A stretch of DNA of 32,000 nucleotides from the NCBI GenBank assembly GCA_041653495.1, contig JBAZFF010000002.1, positions 18,281 to 50,280 of the forward strand, given 5' to 3'. The notes beneath the pieces were generated by a model. That model made no database searches, had not been told where the DNA came from, and saw only the letters and a list, made by a program, of their open reading frames with translations. The stretch comes from Minisyncoccota bacterium. GTDB lineage: Bacteria > Patescibacteriota > Minisyncoccia > Minisyncoccales > RBG-13-42-11. Numbering within the stretch: position 1 is the first letter of the stretch; each line of letters begins with the position of its first letter. This document shows, in pieces, positions 16,971-25,075 of the stretch. The translations under genes were made by a program, and so were the position numbers.

Positions 16971-17852
16971 ATGAAAACGAATGAACTTGTAGAACAATAT
17001 CCTTGGCTTGCGAAGATAAACACCGTTGAAGATTACCTTCCGCCAGAATATTACCAACATCTGCTAAAACCATATACCTTTGGAGGAGTGTCAGATCTCT
17101 TATTACTTGAAAAGTTTTTATACAATAAAAAACCTTCAAAAGTACTGGAATTAGGTTGTGGTAGTGGCAGAGCTTCAGGCACTGCGGTTTCGACAATACC
17201 TACCGCAGATTACACTTTTTCAGATCTCAGCAAGAGGATGCTCAAAGCGGCAAGGAAACGCTTGCCAAAAAATTCATCTTTTATTGTTTCTGACGCGGTC
17301 GAATATATGGAAAATACTAAGAACATTTACGACCTTGTATATACACTCTGGAGTTTTTCGCATTCGACGCATCAACATATTCATCGTTTAGGCATAAAAA
17401 AAGCAGGAGATTATATTTCTTCTGTTATTAAAAAGTTTATTCGGAAGAATATTGTCAAAAAGGGATCATTCTTTCTAATGCATTTTGACTCACTCTCGCA
17501 AGAGCAAAGTATCTTAATGAGACAATGGAAGCGAGTATTTCCTGTTTTTGCAAATATCGAAGAACAAAGTCCTTCAAAGCAAATTATAGACAAGACTTTA
17601 TTGGAACTTGATACGAAAGGAGAAATAACGCTATCAATCAATCACTTACAAGGTGACGCAATTCATTATAAGTCAGAAGACGAGGTGTTAGAGACATTTA
17701 TGAATTTCCATCTTGAGACTTATTTCAACAATCTACCACTTACTGAAAGTGTTATTGACGATATAAAGGAACAAATTTCAAAATATCGTAATAAAGACGG
17801 CTCTTATGACATTACTCCAGGGTGTTACGTTTATTCCTTTATAAAAAACTAG
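16971..17852 (+). CDS. Class I SAM-dependent methyltransferase, second and divergent from the first
   Basis: SKVLELGCGSGRASGTAVSTIPTADYTFSDLSKRMLKAARKRLPKNSSFIVSDAVEYM. The ORF track starts at a TTG (16953); the ATG at 16971 directly after the upstream stop is more likely. Confidence 0.85.
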   Translation: MKTNELVEQYPWLAKINTVEDYLPPEYYQHLLKPYTFGGVSDLLLLEKFLYNKKPSKVLELGCGSGRASGTAVSTIPTADYTFSDLSKRMLKAARKRLPKNSSFIVSDAVEYMENTKNIYDLVYTLWSFSHSTHQHIHRLGIKKAGDYISSVIKKFIRKNIVKKGSFFLMHFDSLSQEQSILMRQWKRVFPVFANIEEQSPSKQIIDKTLLELDTKGEITLSINHLQGDAIHYKSEDEVLETFMNFHLETYFNNLPLTESVIDDIKEQISKYRNKDGSYDITPGCYVYSFIKN

Positions 17853-17862
17853 CAAGCTTACT

Positions 17863-18894
17863 ATGAAAAAACTTCAAAAATTACAAAAAGGAGATAGAGT
17901 AGCAGTGCTGTCGCCATCGTTTGCGGCTCCTGCCATCTTTCCAAAAATATTCGAATTAGGGCTCCAGAGAATTCGAGACGAGTTCGGATTGGAGCCAGTG
18001 GAATATCCGACAACGAGAAAGTTAAACGCAAGCGCCGAGGAGCGTGCTTGCGATCTTATTGCTGCATTTTCTGATCCAGAAATAAAGGCCGTAATTGCAA
18101 GTACTGGCGGAGATGACCAAGTGACCTATATTCACAAAATGTCTCCAAAAGTATTTCTAAAAAATCCTAAGCCGTTTTTGGGCTACAGTGACAATTCACA
18201 CCTCTGTAGCTTCTTATTCCGGCATGGAATTCCTTCTTTTTATGGAGCATGTGTTATGACGCAGTTCGCGATGCAGGGAGAAATGGATAAATACACAGTG
18301 GAAAATATTCATCACGCCCTATTTGATTCGGGTGAATATGAAATCACCGCATCAGACGAATATAATGAAATTGGTCTAAATTGGAAAGATGAGACGCTTC
18401 TTACAACAAAACGAACCTATGAGAAAAACATGGGATGGGTATGGGATGCTCCAATGGATGGTGAGGGTATTTTATGGGGTGGGTGCCTGGAATCAATAGA
18501 TGACATGTTGCGCAACAATGTCCCAATCCCAAGTCTCAAAAAATTTGAAAACATTGTTCTTATGCTTGAAACATCGGAAGAAATACCATCGCATGGATAT
18601 GTGCGGCGAGTAATCCGTGCTTTGGGTGAAAGGGGGGTGTTACTCAATATTCAAGGTATATTAGTGGGAAAACCAAAAGCCTGGGAATTTGACAAACCAT
18701 TTACCAAAGAAGAGCGGATGACGTATACGAAGGGACAACAGGAGGCGATTATTGAAACTGTACGTATATATAACCAGATTGTTCCCATCATTCAAAATAT
18801 AAACTTCGGTCATACCGATCCGCAGGTGCCGATGCCGTATGGAGGAAAATTGCGAATTGAATCAGGTAGTCAAAAAATATTTGCTTCTTTTTAG
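17863..18894 (+). CDS. Peptidase S66 family (LD-carboxypeptidase / microcin C immunity MccF-like)
   Basis: LQKGDRVAVLSPSFAAPAIFPKIFELGLQRI, PKPFLGYSDNSHLCSFLFRHGIPSFYGA (nucleophile Ser), EGILWGGCLESIDDML, NFGHTDPQVPMPYGGKLRI (His). Confidence 0.88.
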   Translation: MKKLQKLQKGDRVAVLSPSFAAPAIFPKIFELGLQRIRDEFGLEPVEYPTTRKLNASAEERACDLIAAFSDPEIKAVIASTGGDDQVTYIHKMSPKVFLKNPKPFLGYSDNSHLCSFLFRHGIPSFYGACVMTQFAMQGEMDKYTVENIHHALFDSGEYEITASDEYNEIGLNWKDETLLTTKRTYEKNMGWVWDAPMDGEGILWGGCLESIDDMLRNNVPIPSLKKFENIVLMLETSEEIPSHGYVRRVIRALGERGVLLNIQGILVGKPKAWEFDKPFTKEERMTYTKGQQEAIIETVRIYNQIVPIIQNINFGHTDPQVPMPYGGKLRIESGSQKIFASF

Positions 18895-18895
18895 G

Positions 18896-18923
18896 AAAAA
18901 CACGAGGCGTGCCCTCGTGTTTT
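18896..18923. terminator. Bidirectional intrinsic terminator between convergent genes
   Basis: aaaaa-cacgagg-cgtgc-cctcgtg-tttt: perfect 7-bp GC-rich stem with A/T flanks. Confidence 0.9.
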
Positions 18924-18944
18924 AATTTCGGTTATTTCCACTTA

Positions 18945-20099
18945 TTATGGCTGGCTGCAGAACAATCTCTGCAACAGTTCCCCGCCAATCACAGACGCGA
19001 CCATAACCTCTTTTCTGTTGTTAAGTAGCTTTGCTGCCCAGTCCATTGCGCCACCATCCGAAAGCTGAATCATGTCACCTTTTTGGTTGCTGGCGAATAT
19101 GTGGAAGCAGAGATGCAGATAATAGCCAAGCCCCGCTTTTCTATTGAAATCAAAGCAGAACCGAACTTGTGGATACATCTCGCGAAGAGGAGCCATGAGA
19201 CGGTGTTCCGTGTTGGTATAATATTCCTTATGATTGGCGATACCAATCCCTTCAAATATGGACGAACATAAATCATCAGCGCATTCAACTTCTTTCGGAA
19301 AAGGAACACGATACTTCTCAAAGAGATCAAATTCATCATTGAGTGAGTTCCGTATTATTTCTTCACGAGGAAGTTTTTGTGCCGCTATTAGCTGTTCGAG
19401 GAATCGAATATCTGAGACTTTGACAGTGATATTGCGTGATTTATAGCCTTCTTTATGTAAGGCAGATATCACATCCAGCAACATTTTTATGTGCATTCGC
19501 ATTGTTGCAGTCGCGAATCTCTCGTCCGATGAGGTTTGTAGTCCACCTGAACATAGAGCGAATATATAGAAATGTTGCATGTAGCCTTTATCCTTATCGA
19601 ATGGCTGGAGTCGCAACACACGCCCCGCAGTGCTCAGATGTACCGCGCTACAGTCCCCCTTAGAAGTTTTTTGTTTTCTTCGAAGCGAGCATTCCAGCGC
19701 CAATTGATTGGTGAAAGCACCGACAACCTCCGAATCATTTATAGTAGAGAGAACATTGTTTTGGCTAACACTACTTAGCACAGAGTTGAGACCAAGTGGT
19801 GCTATGGGAGAAGTCTGTACTGATTCGAATACAGGCCGCACTGTTTCGTGGAAAATCAAAGCATTCTGAAGGAGTTTGTCCTGAGCAATTGGACCGATTC
19901 CGAGAAACTCTTGCCTTCTCTCGTATTCCCGCAGTAATTCGGTAGGTTTTCTGGCCTTCGCTCGATTTTTGAATGCATGGATTAGGATAGGTTTCAGACG
20001 ACGCATCGGTGTCGTTGACAGAATCTCAAGAAGGTTGGGCACACCAAGCTCCTTGGAGATACTTTGAAGCATTTTTTCTTCCGAACTCTTAGGATCCAT
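18945..20099 (-). CDS. Uncharacterised protein, possibly a divergent class II aaRS-like (HisRS/HisZ-like) fold
   Basis: Start at MDPKSSEEK has a strong Shine-Dalgarno (aaaaaaggaggtaagg-ATG); the ORF-track start at 20138 is probably too long. IAPLGLNSVLSSVSQNNVLSTINDSEVVGAFTNQLALECSLRRK, LRLQPFDKDKGYMQHFYIFAL, AGLGYYLHLCFHIF, LSDGGAMDWAAKLL...SVIGGELL loosely follow HisRS/HisZ order. Confidence 0.45.
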   Translation of the reverse strand: MDPKSSEEKMLQSISKELGVPNLLEILSTTPMRRLKPILIHAFKNRAKARKPTELLREYERRQEFLGIGPIAQDKLLQNALIFHETVRPVFESVQTSPIAPLGLNSVLSSVSQNNVLSTINDSEVVGAFTNQLALECSLRRKQKTSKGDCSAVHLSTAGRVLRLQPFDKDKGYMQHFYIFALCSGGLQTSSDERFATATMRMHIKMLLDVISALHKEGYKSRNITVKVSDIRFLEQLIAAQKLPREEIIRNSLNDEFDLFEKYRVPFPKEVECADDLCSSIFEGIGIANHKEYYTNTEHRLMAPLREMYPQVRFCFDFNRKAGLGYYLHLCFHIFASNQKGDMIQLSDGGAMDWAAKLLNNRKEVMVASVIGGELLQRLFCSQP

Positions 20100-20355
20100 C
20101 CTTACCTCCTTTTTTAGTATTAAAGAACTGGGCCTCAAAGACCACCTTGAAGATAATATGATTATACTATAATCACGCTTTATTGTATAGAGTAGGCTAA
20201 TTTTGTCCGGGGGAGCTCTGCGGGAGAGAGAAAGACTCGTACTTTATTAGCGACACCATCATACTGGAGAGTCTTATGAAATTTCGCAGGGAACTCTAAT
20301 TGCAGGAACCTATTCAAAGGGCAGGGGGTTAGGAAAATCGTCTTTTATTCCCGCC

Positions 20356-20377
20356 AATCAACTTTTAAAAGTTGATT
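20356..20377. promoter_or_regulatory. 22-bp perfect palindrome upstream of the nuclease gene
   Basis: AATCAACTTTTAAAAGTTGATT is identical to its reverse complement. Confidence 0.6.
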
Positions 20378-20422
20378 TTATTTTGCAAAATTATTTCGTT
20401 CTGGTACATTTAGCTATAGACT

Positions 20423-21172
20423 ATGTCAAAATATTACACGCCCCAAAGGCAGAGAGGGATATATGATCCTCGATATGAATTCAAAATATCCCGCTCAAAG
20501 ATAGACTTGTTCATTGATTGTCCGAGATGCTTTTATATTGATCTAAAATACGGAATCGCCCGCCCTCCCGGGTTCCCGTTCTCTTTAAACAACGCAGTGG
20601 ACACTTTATTGAAAAAAGAATTTGATTTTCACAGGGCGAACGGCACGAATCATCCGCTAATTGAGAAATACGGAATAGACGCCCGCCCGGCTCTCCATAA
20701 GAATCTGGAGCAGTGGAGAAATACGTTTACGGGAGTGCAGTATTTGCACAAGCCAACCAACTTTTTAGTTTTCGGAGCCATAGATGACTTATGGCAGGAT
20801 TCCAAAGGGAACTATATAGTAGTGGACTACAAGGCTACTTCCAAGAACGGAGAGATAAAAGAACTGAACGAAGAATGGCATAAGGGATATAAAAGGCAGA
20901 TGGAAATATACCAGTGGCTGTTGAGGCAGAACGGCTGCCAAGTCTCAGATACGGGATATTTCGTTTATTGCAACGGGAAGTCCGACTTGAATGCTTTTGA
21001 CGCAAAACTTGAATTTGATATAACCTTGATCCCCTATAAGGGGGATGATTCGTGGGTCGAGAAGACTATTTTAGACATACATAAGTGTTTGAATTCAGAC
21101 GCAATCCCAGAAGGGAACCCGGATTGCGATTACTGCAGATATATTCAAACTCTTAATTCCAAGGTAAAGTAA
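20423..21172 (+). CDS. PD-(D/E)XK nuclease superfamily, Cas4/RecB-like with likely Fe-S cluster
   Basis: SRSKIDLFIDCPRCFYIDLKYG, FGAIDDLWQDSKGNYIVVDYKATS (D...DYK), QMEIYQWLL, GNPDCDYCRY (Cys cluster). Confidence 0.85.
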   Translation: MSKYYTPQRQRGIYDPRYEFKISRSKIDLFIDCPRCFYIDLKYGIARPPGFPFSLNNAVDTLLKKEFDFHRANGTNHPLIEKYGIDARPALHKNLEQWRNTFTGVQYLHKPTNFLVFGAIDDLWQDSKGNYIVVDYKATSKNGEIKELNEEWHKGYKRQMEIYQWLLRQNGCQVSDTGYFVYCNGKSDLNAFDAKLEFDITLIPYKGDDSWVEKTILDIHKCLNSDAIPEGNPDCDYCRYIQTLNSKVK

Positions 21173-21176
21173 TATA

Positions 21177-23753
21177 ATGATTATTGCCTTAAGTTGGGTT
21201 CTTGTAAGTTATGCCTTAGGATCCATACCTTTCGGCTATTTAATTTCCAGGGCTTTCGGAAAGGATATTCTTGAAGTTGGGTGGAAAAAGACATCCGGGT
21301 CTAATGTCTATAAGAATGTTGGAAAGGCTCAGGGAGTGCTTACTGGCCTCTTGGACATAGGGAAGGGATATTTGGCAGTATGGCTGGCCAAGCAGCTTGG
21401 ACTGTCTTTGGAATTCCAGATTTTGGCCGGGACAGCAGCCGTAGTGGGCCATAACTGGTCCCTCTTTTTGAAATTTTCAGGAGGAAGGGGAATCGGGACA
21501 TTCGCCGGAGCCCTTCTGGTCTTTTCTCCTATCTTATTCGGGTTGGCTGTCCTCATCATGCTTCTGTTTGCGTTCGTCTGGAGTTCTGCCATAGCCACTC
21601 TATTGCTTTTCGCATCCCTGATATTCTTTTTCTTCAACCCTCCGGCATTTCTGACGGTTTCCGAAGCTCAGTCGGCGGGATTTCTGGCGTTTTGTTGCCT
21701 TCCTTTCATCTTACTGAAAAGATTAAGTCCGATAAGCGCATTATTCGGGAATCCGAGAAGAGGGTTTTTGATTTTCTCCAGGTTGGTTTTTGACGACGAC
21801 AGAATAGTGGGCTTCAAATCCGACGAGGCAGAAAAGTTAATCAAGCCGATAACTATTACTTCTAAAATAGGCTGGGCGGTGGCCAAGTACGGGGCGAAGA
21901 TTACCAAGAGCGGGATCATAGCTGCGAAAAAAGGAGTGGAAAAGTACGTCTTGGGGGAGGACGAAATAGTTGTCACAGAACTCAGGGTTGAAGACTTCAA
22001 GAAAATGATGATAACTGCGGCAAAAAAAATAGTGATCCATCAGGAAGAGATAAACAAGATAAACGTCTTCCCTGTCGCAGACAAGGACACGGGATACAAT
22101 ATGGCAGCCACCCTTTTGGGAGTGGAAGGAGCGGTATCTAGAAGGAATTATTCCAATTTCAGGGAATTGACAGAAGATATGAAGGATGCGGCTATGATAA
22201 ACGCCAGGGGGAATGCGGGGATGATAACGACCGGCTATTTCGTGGAGGTTTTAGACAGAGTGAAACATTTAGAGACTATAGACGCTTTCCACTTGGCCCT
22301 GGCCATGCAGAGAGGGATCAAAGCCGCCAGGTCTTCAATCGCGGTTCCCGTTGATGGGACTATTTTAGACACAATCAGGGCGGCCGGAGAGAAAGCCTTT
22401 GAAATGGCAAAGGAGGGAAAAGAAAAGAACATAGTAAAAGTTTTGGAAGGAGCTTTAGCGGAGGCGAAGCACGCCTTGGAAACGACTCCTGAAAGGCTCC
22501 CGGTCTTGAAAGAGAATAACGTAGTAGATGCTGGCGGCATGGGATACGTAAAGATTCTGGAGGCCTGGGTAGACAGCCTAAAAGGAGTGGAATTGGACGC
22601 TCCGAATGGAAATAGTTCTTTTATCCAGCCGCAGGCGGAAGAAAAACTGGCATTCAGGTACGAAATAGTCGCAATGTTCAAGAAACCGGAAGATTTTGAC
22701 CCCGAAAAATTCAGGAAAGAGATTTCTTCATTGGGAGACAGTTTTGAAATGCTGGATGTTAATGAAAAAGTCAAATTTCACATTCATTGCAACGATACGA
22801 AATTAGTCTTGGATAAGATAAAGGGCTGTCCGGATTTAGACTGCAGGACGGAGGATATGCAGAAAGAAGAAAAGAAAGCGGCCAAGAAGCCTCTGGGCCT
22901 GGTCGTCGGCGAAACCGCAAATCTTCCAAAGCTATATATGAAAGAAAGAGAAATAGAAGAGGTGCCGTTCTTCTCCAGGTTTCCCAGCGGTGAAATAATA
23001 CACAAGAGGGAAGAGATCTTCCCGAGAATGAGGGAGGCTTTAGCAGAGGGAAAGCCCCTGCCCACGACTTCCGCCCCGTCATTCAAGGATTTTTTGGAAG
23101 CTTATGGAAAATCTTTGGAAAGATTTGAAAACATTTTAGTGATAACTCCTTCCTCAAAACTTTCCGGCACTTACAGTTCCGCCCGAATAGCCAGGTCCAC
23201 TTATAAGAAACCGCAAAAGACACATATATATGTGTTTGACTCCTTTGCCGTAGAAGTTGGAGAGGGGCTGATAGCAATGAAAGCCCAGGAGCTGATAGAC
23301 CGGGGAAAGAGCATGGAGGAGGTTGTAAAAGAGCTGGAGTCCTTCGCCCCGAAGATCTCTTTGGTGGCTTTGCTGGAAGACGTAAGATATATAGCGAAAG
23401 GAGGAAGGTTCCATCTGCCCGGTCTGGCTCTGTCTTTGGTCCTTTCCCTCCAGAAATTAGGATTGAGGATTTTAATAAAATTGAGAGACGGGGAAATAAA
23501 ACCAGCGGGAGCTTTCTTTGGCAAAGATATGGCAGAAACGATCTTTAGGGCTGTTGTGGGTGCCGTCGGGAAAAAGAAAGTGAAAGTGGCTATCGGCCAT
23601 GCCGATAATTTGAAGGCGGCGGAGAAGTTGAAAGAGCTGACTGAGAAAAACTTGAACGCAGAAGTTGTGTTCATCTCCGGAGTGTCGGCTGCGATCGGGA
23701 ACCACTCCGGTCCCGGGACTTTGATATTCTCCTTTTACGAAGTTGACAAGTAG
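21177..23753 (+). CDS. Three-part fusion: PlsY acyltransferase + FakA-like (DAK2) kinase + FakB-like (DegV) fatty-acid-binding domain
   Basis: PlsY: ALGSIPFGYLISR...GSNVYKNVGKAQGVLTGLLDIGKG...GHNWSLFLKFSGGRGIGT. DAK2/FakA: INKINVFPVADKDTGYNMAATL, INARGNAGMITTGYF, VPVDGTILDTIRAA, VVDAGGMGYVKILEAW, KFHIHCNDTKLVLDKI. DegV/FakB: PTTSAPSFKDFLEAY, ITPSSKLSGTYSSARIA, VFDSFAVEVGEGLIAMKAQELIDRGKS, YIAKGGR, NHSGPGTLIF. One uninterrupted 858-aa frame. Confidence 0.92.
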   Translation: MIIALSWVLVSYALGSIPFGYLISRAFGKDILEVGWKKTSGSNVYKNVGKAQGVLTGLLDIGKGYLAVWLAKQLGLSLEFQILAGTAAVVGHNWSLFLKFSGGRGIGTFAGALLVFSPILFGLAVLIMLLFAFVWSSAIATLLLFASLIFFFFNPPAFLTVSEAQSAGFLAFCCLPFILLKRLSPISALFGNPRRGFLIFSRLVFDDDRIVGFKSDEAEKLIKPITITSKIGWAVAKYGAKITKSGIIAAKKGVEKYVLGEDEIVVTELRVEDFKKMMITAAKKIVIHQEEINKINVFPVADKDTGYNMAATLLGVEGAVSRRNYSNFRELTEDMKDAAMINARGNAGMITTGYFVEVLDRVKHLETIDAFHLALAMQRGIKAARSSIAVPVDGTILDTIRAAGEKAFEMAKEGKEKNIVKVLEGALAEAKHALETTPERLPVLKENNVVDAGGMGYVKILEAWVDSLKGVELDAPNGNSSFIQPQAEEKLAFRYEIVAMFKKPEDFDPEKFRKEISSLGDSFEMLDVNEKVKFHIHCNDTKLVLDKIKGCPDLDCRTEDMQKEEKKAAKKPLGLVVGETANLPKLYMKEREIEEVPFFSRFPSGEIIHKREEIFPRMREALAEGKPLPTTSAPSFKDFLEAYGKSLERFENILVITPSSKLSGTYSSARIARSTYKKPQKTHIYVFDSFAVEVGEGLIAMKAQELIDRGKSMEEVVKELESFAPKISLVALLEDVRYIAKGGRFHLPGLALSLVLSLQKLGLRILIKLRDGEIKPAGAFFGKDMAETIFRAVVGAVGKKKVKVAIGHADNLKAAEKLKELTEKNLNAEVVFISGVSAAIGNHSGPGTLIFSFYEVDK

Positions 23754-23777
23754 GCATTCTTTGTTAGAATAAAGGCA

Positions 23778-23802
23778 GTCCGCGTTGTTGCGGGCATTTT
23801 TT
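23778..23802 (+). terminator. Possible weak intrinsic terminator upstream of nusA
   Basis: gtccgc-gttgtt-gcgggcatttttt: short GC stem followed by T6. Confidence 0.45.
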
Positions 23803-23819
23803 AAAAATAAGAAAAATAT

Positions 23820-25073
23820 ATGATGGATATTAAAAATTTTCATTCAGCAATTTCTCAGATAGCCGAAGAAAAAGGGATTTCAGCCGAGAAGGTGCTGGAA
23901 ACAATAGAGATGGCTATAGCCGCAGCTTACAAGAAAGACTACGGGAAGAAGGGGCAGATAATAAAGGCCAAACTGGATTCACAGACCGGTTCTGTTAAGT
24001 TTTGGCAGGTAAAGCAGGTGGTGACGGAAGATATGCTTTATACTGAAGAGGAGCTGGCTCAGATGCAGGAAGTCAAAGAGGAGATAAGCGAGGAAAATAA
24101 GAAAATACGTTTCAATCCCGAAAAGCACATATTATTGGCGGACGCTAAAAAGTTGAAAAAAGACATAAAAGCGGGAGAGGAGCTGGAAACGGAGTTGGAA
24201 ACCAAGGAAGACTACGGGAGAATCGCCGCCCAGACCGCAAAACAGGTTATCTTGCAAAGGATCAGGGAAGCAGAGAAGGAAAGCGTCTTTTCTGAATATA
24301 AAGCCAAAGAAGGCGAATTGATTTCAGGAGTAGTCCAGAGAATAGAAGGAAGAAATGTCTTTTTAGATCTCGGGAAGACTTTGGGCTTCTTGCCCAGAGA
24401 AGAACAGGTTCCCGGAGAATTCTACAGGCCGGGACAGAGGCTGAAAGTTTTTGTTTTAAAAGTGGAAGACTCTTCAAGAGGATCGGTAGTTTTCTTATCC
24501 AGGGCGTATCCCAAGATAATTTCAAAGCTTTTTGAACTGGAAGTTCCCGAGATTCCTTCAAACCAGGTTGAAATAAAATCAATCGCCAGGGAGGCGGGAT
24601 CCAGGTCAAAAGTATCCGTGCAGTCAAACCAGGAAGGAATAGATCCTATCGGAGCCATGGTCGGGCAAAAAGGGACAAGGGTTATGGCTGTGATAAACGA
24701 ACTCGGAGGAGAGAAAATAGACATTATTGAATACTCCGAAGAGCCTGACAAATATATAGCCAATGCATTGTCTCCTGCCAAAGTGCTGGATGTAAAAGTT
24801 CTGCCCAAGAATAAAGCCGAAGTGTCCGTTCCTGAAGACCAGCTTTCTTTGGCTATCGGGAAGAACGGACAGAACGTAAGGCTAGCGGCAAAACTCACCG
24901 GTTGGAAAATAGACGTAAAGAGTCCTAACGGAGAAGGAATATCCAGCGAAGAGCTGTTGGAGGGAGAAGAGGCGAAAGAAGAGCCCGCAAAAGAAGCTCC
25001 CAAAGAGACAGAAGAAAAACCGAAAAAAGTTAAAAAAGTAAAAGAAAAGGTCAAAGAGAAAGATAAAAATTAA
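23820..25073 (+). CDS. nusA: Transcription termination/antitermination factor NusA
   Basis: [21 protein letters not shown]1 region ([21 protein letters not shown]), [90 protein letters not shown] (KH). Lys/Glu-rich tail. Confidence 0.95.
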   Translation: MMDIKNFHSAISQIAEEKGISAEKVLETIEMAIAAAYKKDYGKKGQIIKAKLDSQTGSVKFWQVKQVVTEDMLYTEEELAQMQEVKEEISEENKKIRFNPEKHILLADAKKLKKDIKAGEELETELETKEDYGRIAAQTAKQVILQRIREAEKESVFSEYKAKEGELISGVVQRIEGRNVFLDLGKTLGFLPREEQVPGEFYRPGQRLKVFVLKVEDSSRGSVVFLSRAYPKIISKLFELEVPEIPSNQVEIKSIAREAGSRSKVSVQSNQEGIDPIGAMVGQKGTRVMAVINELGGEKIDIIEYSEEPDKYIANALSPAKVLDVKVLPKNKAEVSVPEDQLSLAIGKNGQNVRLAAKLTGWKIDVKSPNGEGISSEELLEGEEAKEEPAKEAPKETEEKPKKVKKVKEKVKEKDKN

Positions 25074-25075
25074 TT

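Noticed and set aside
14411-18894. Canonical microcin C operon
   Set aside because: No MccA ending in Asn, no ThiF-like MccB and no MFS exporter found; only the S66 component resembles that system.
14350-20423. Prophage or transposon origin of the island
   Set aside because: No integrase, transposase, capsid or terminal repeats recognised, and no duplicate of the tRNA-Ala 3' end found at the right edge by eye.
20423-21172. Cas4-like nuclease as a sign of a CRISPR-Cas locus
   Set aside because: No cas1/cas2 genes, no repeat-spacer array on either strand nearby. PD-(D/E)XK Fe-S nucleases of this type are common outside CRISPR.
22235-23086. Long minus-strand ORFs opposite the PlsY-FakA-FakB fusion (179, 103 and 100 aa)
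   Set aside because: Antisense shadow ORFs of a well-supported coding frame; no family features.
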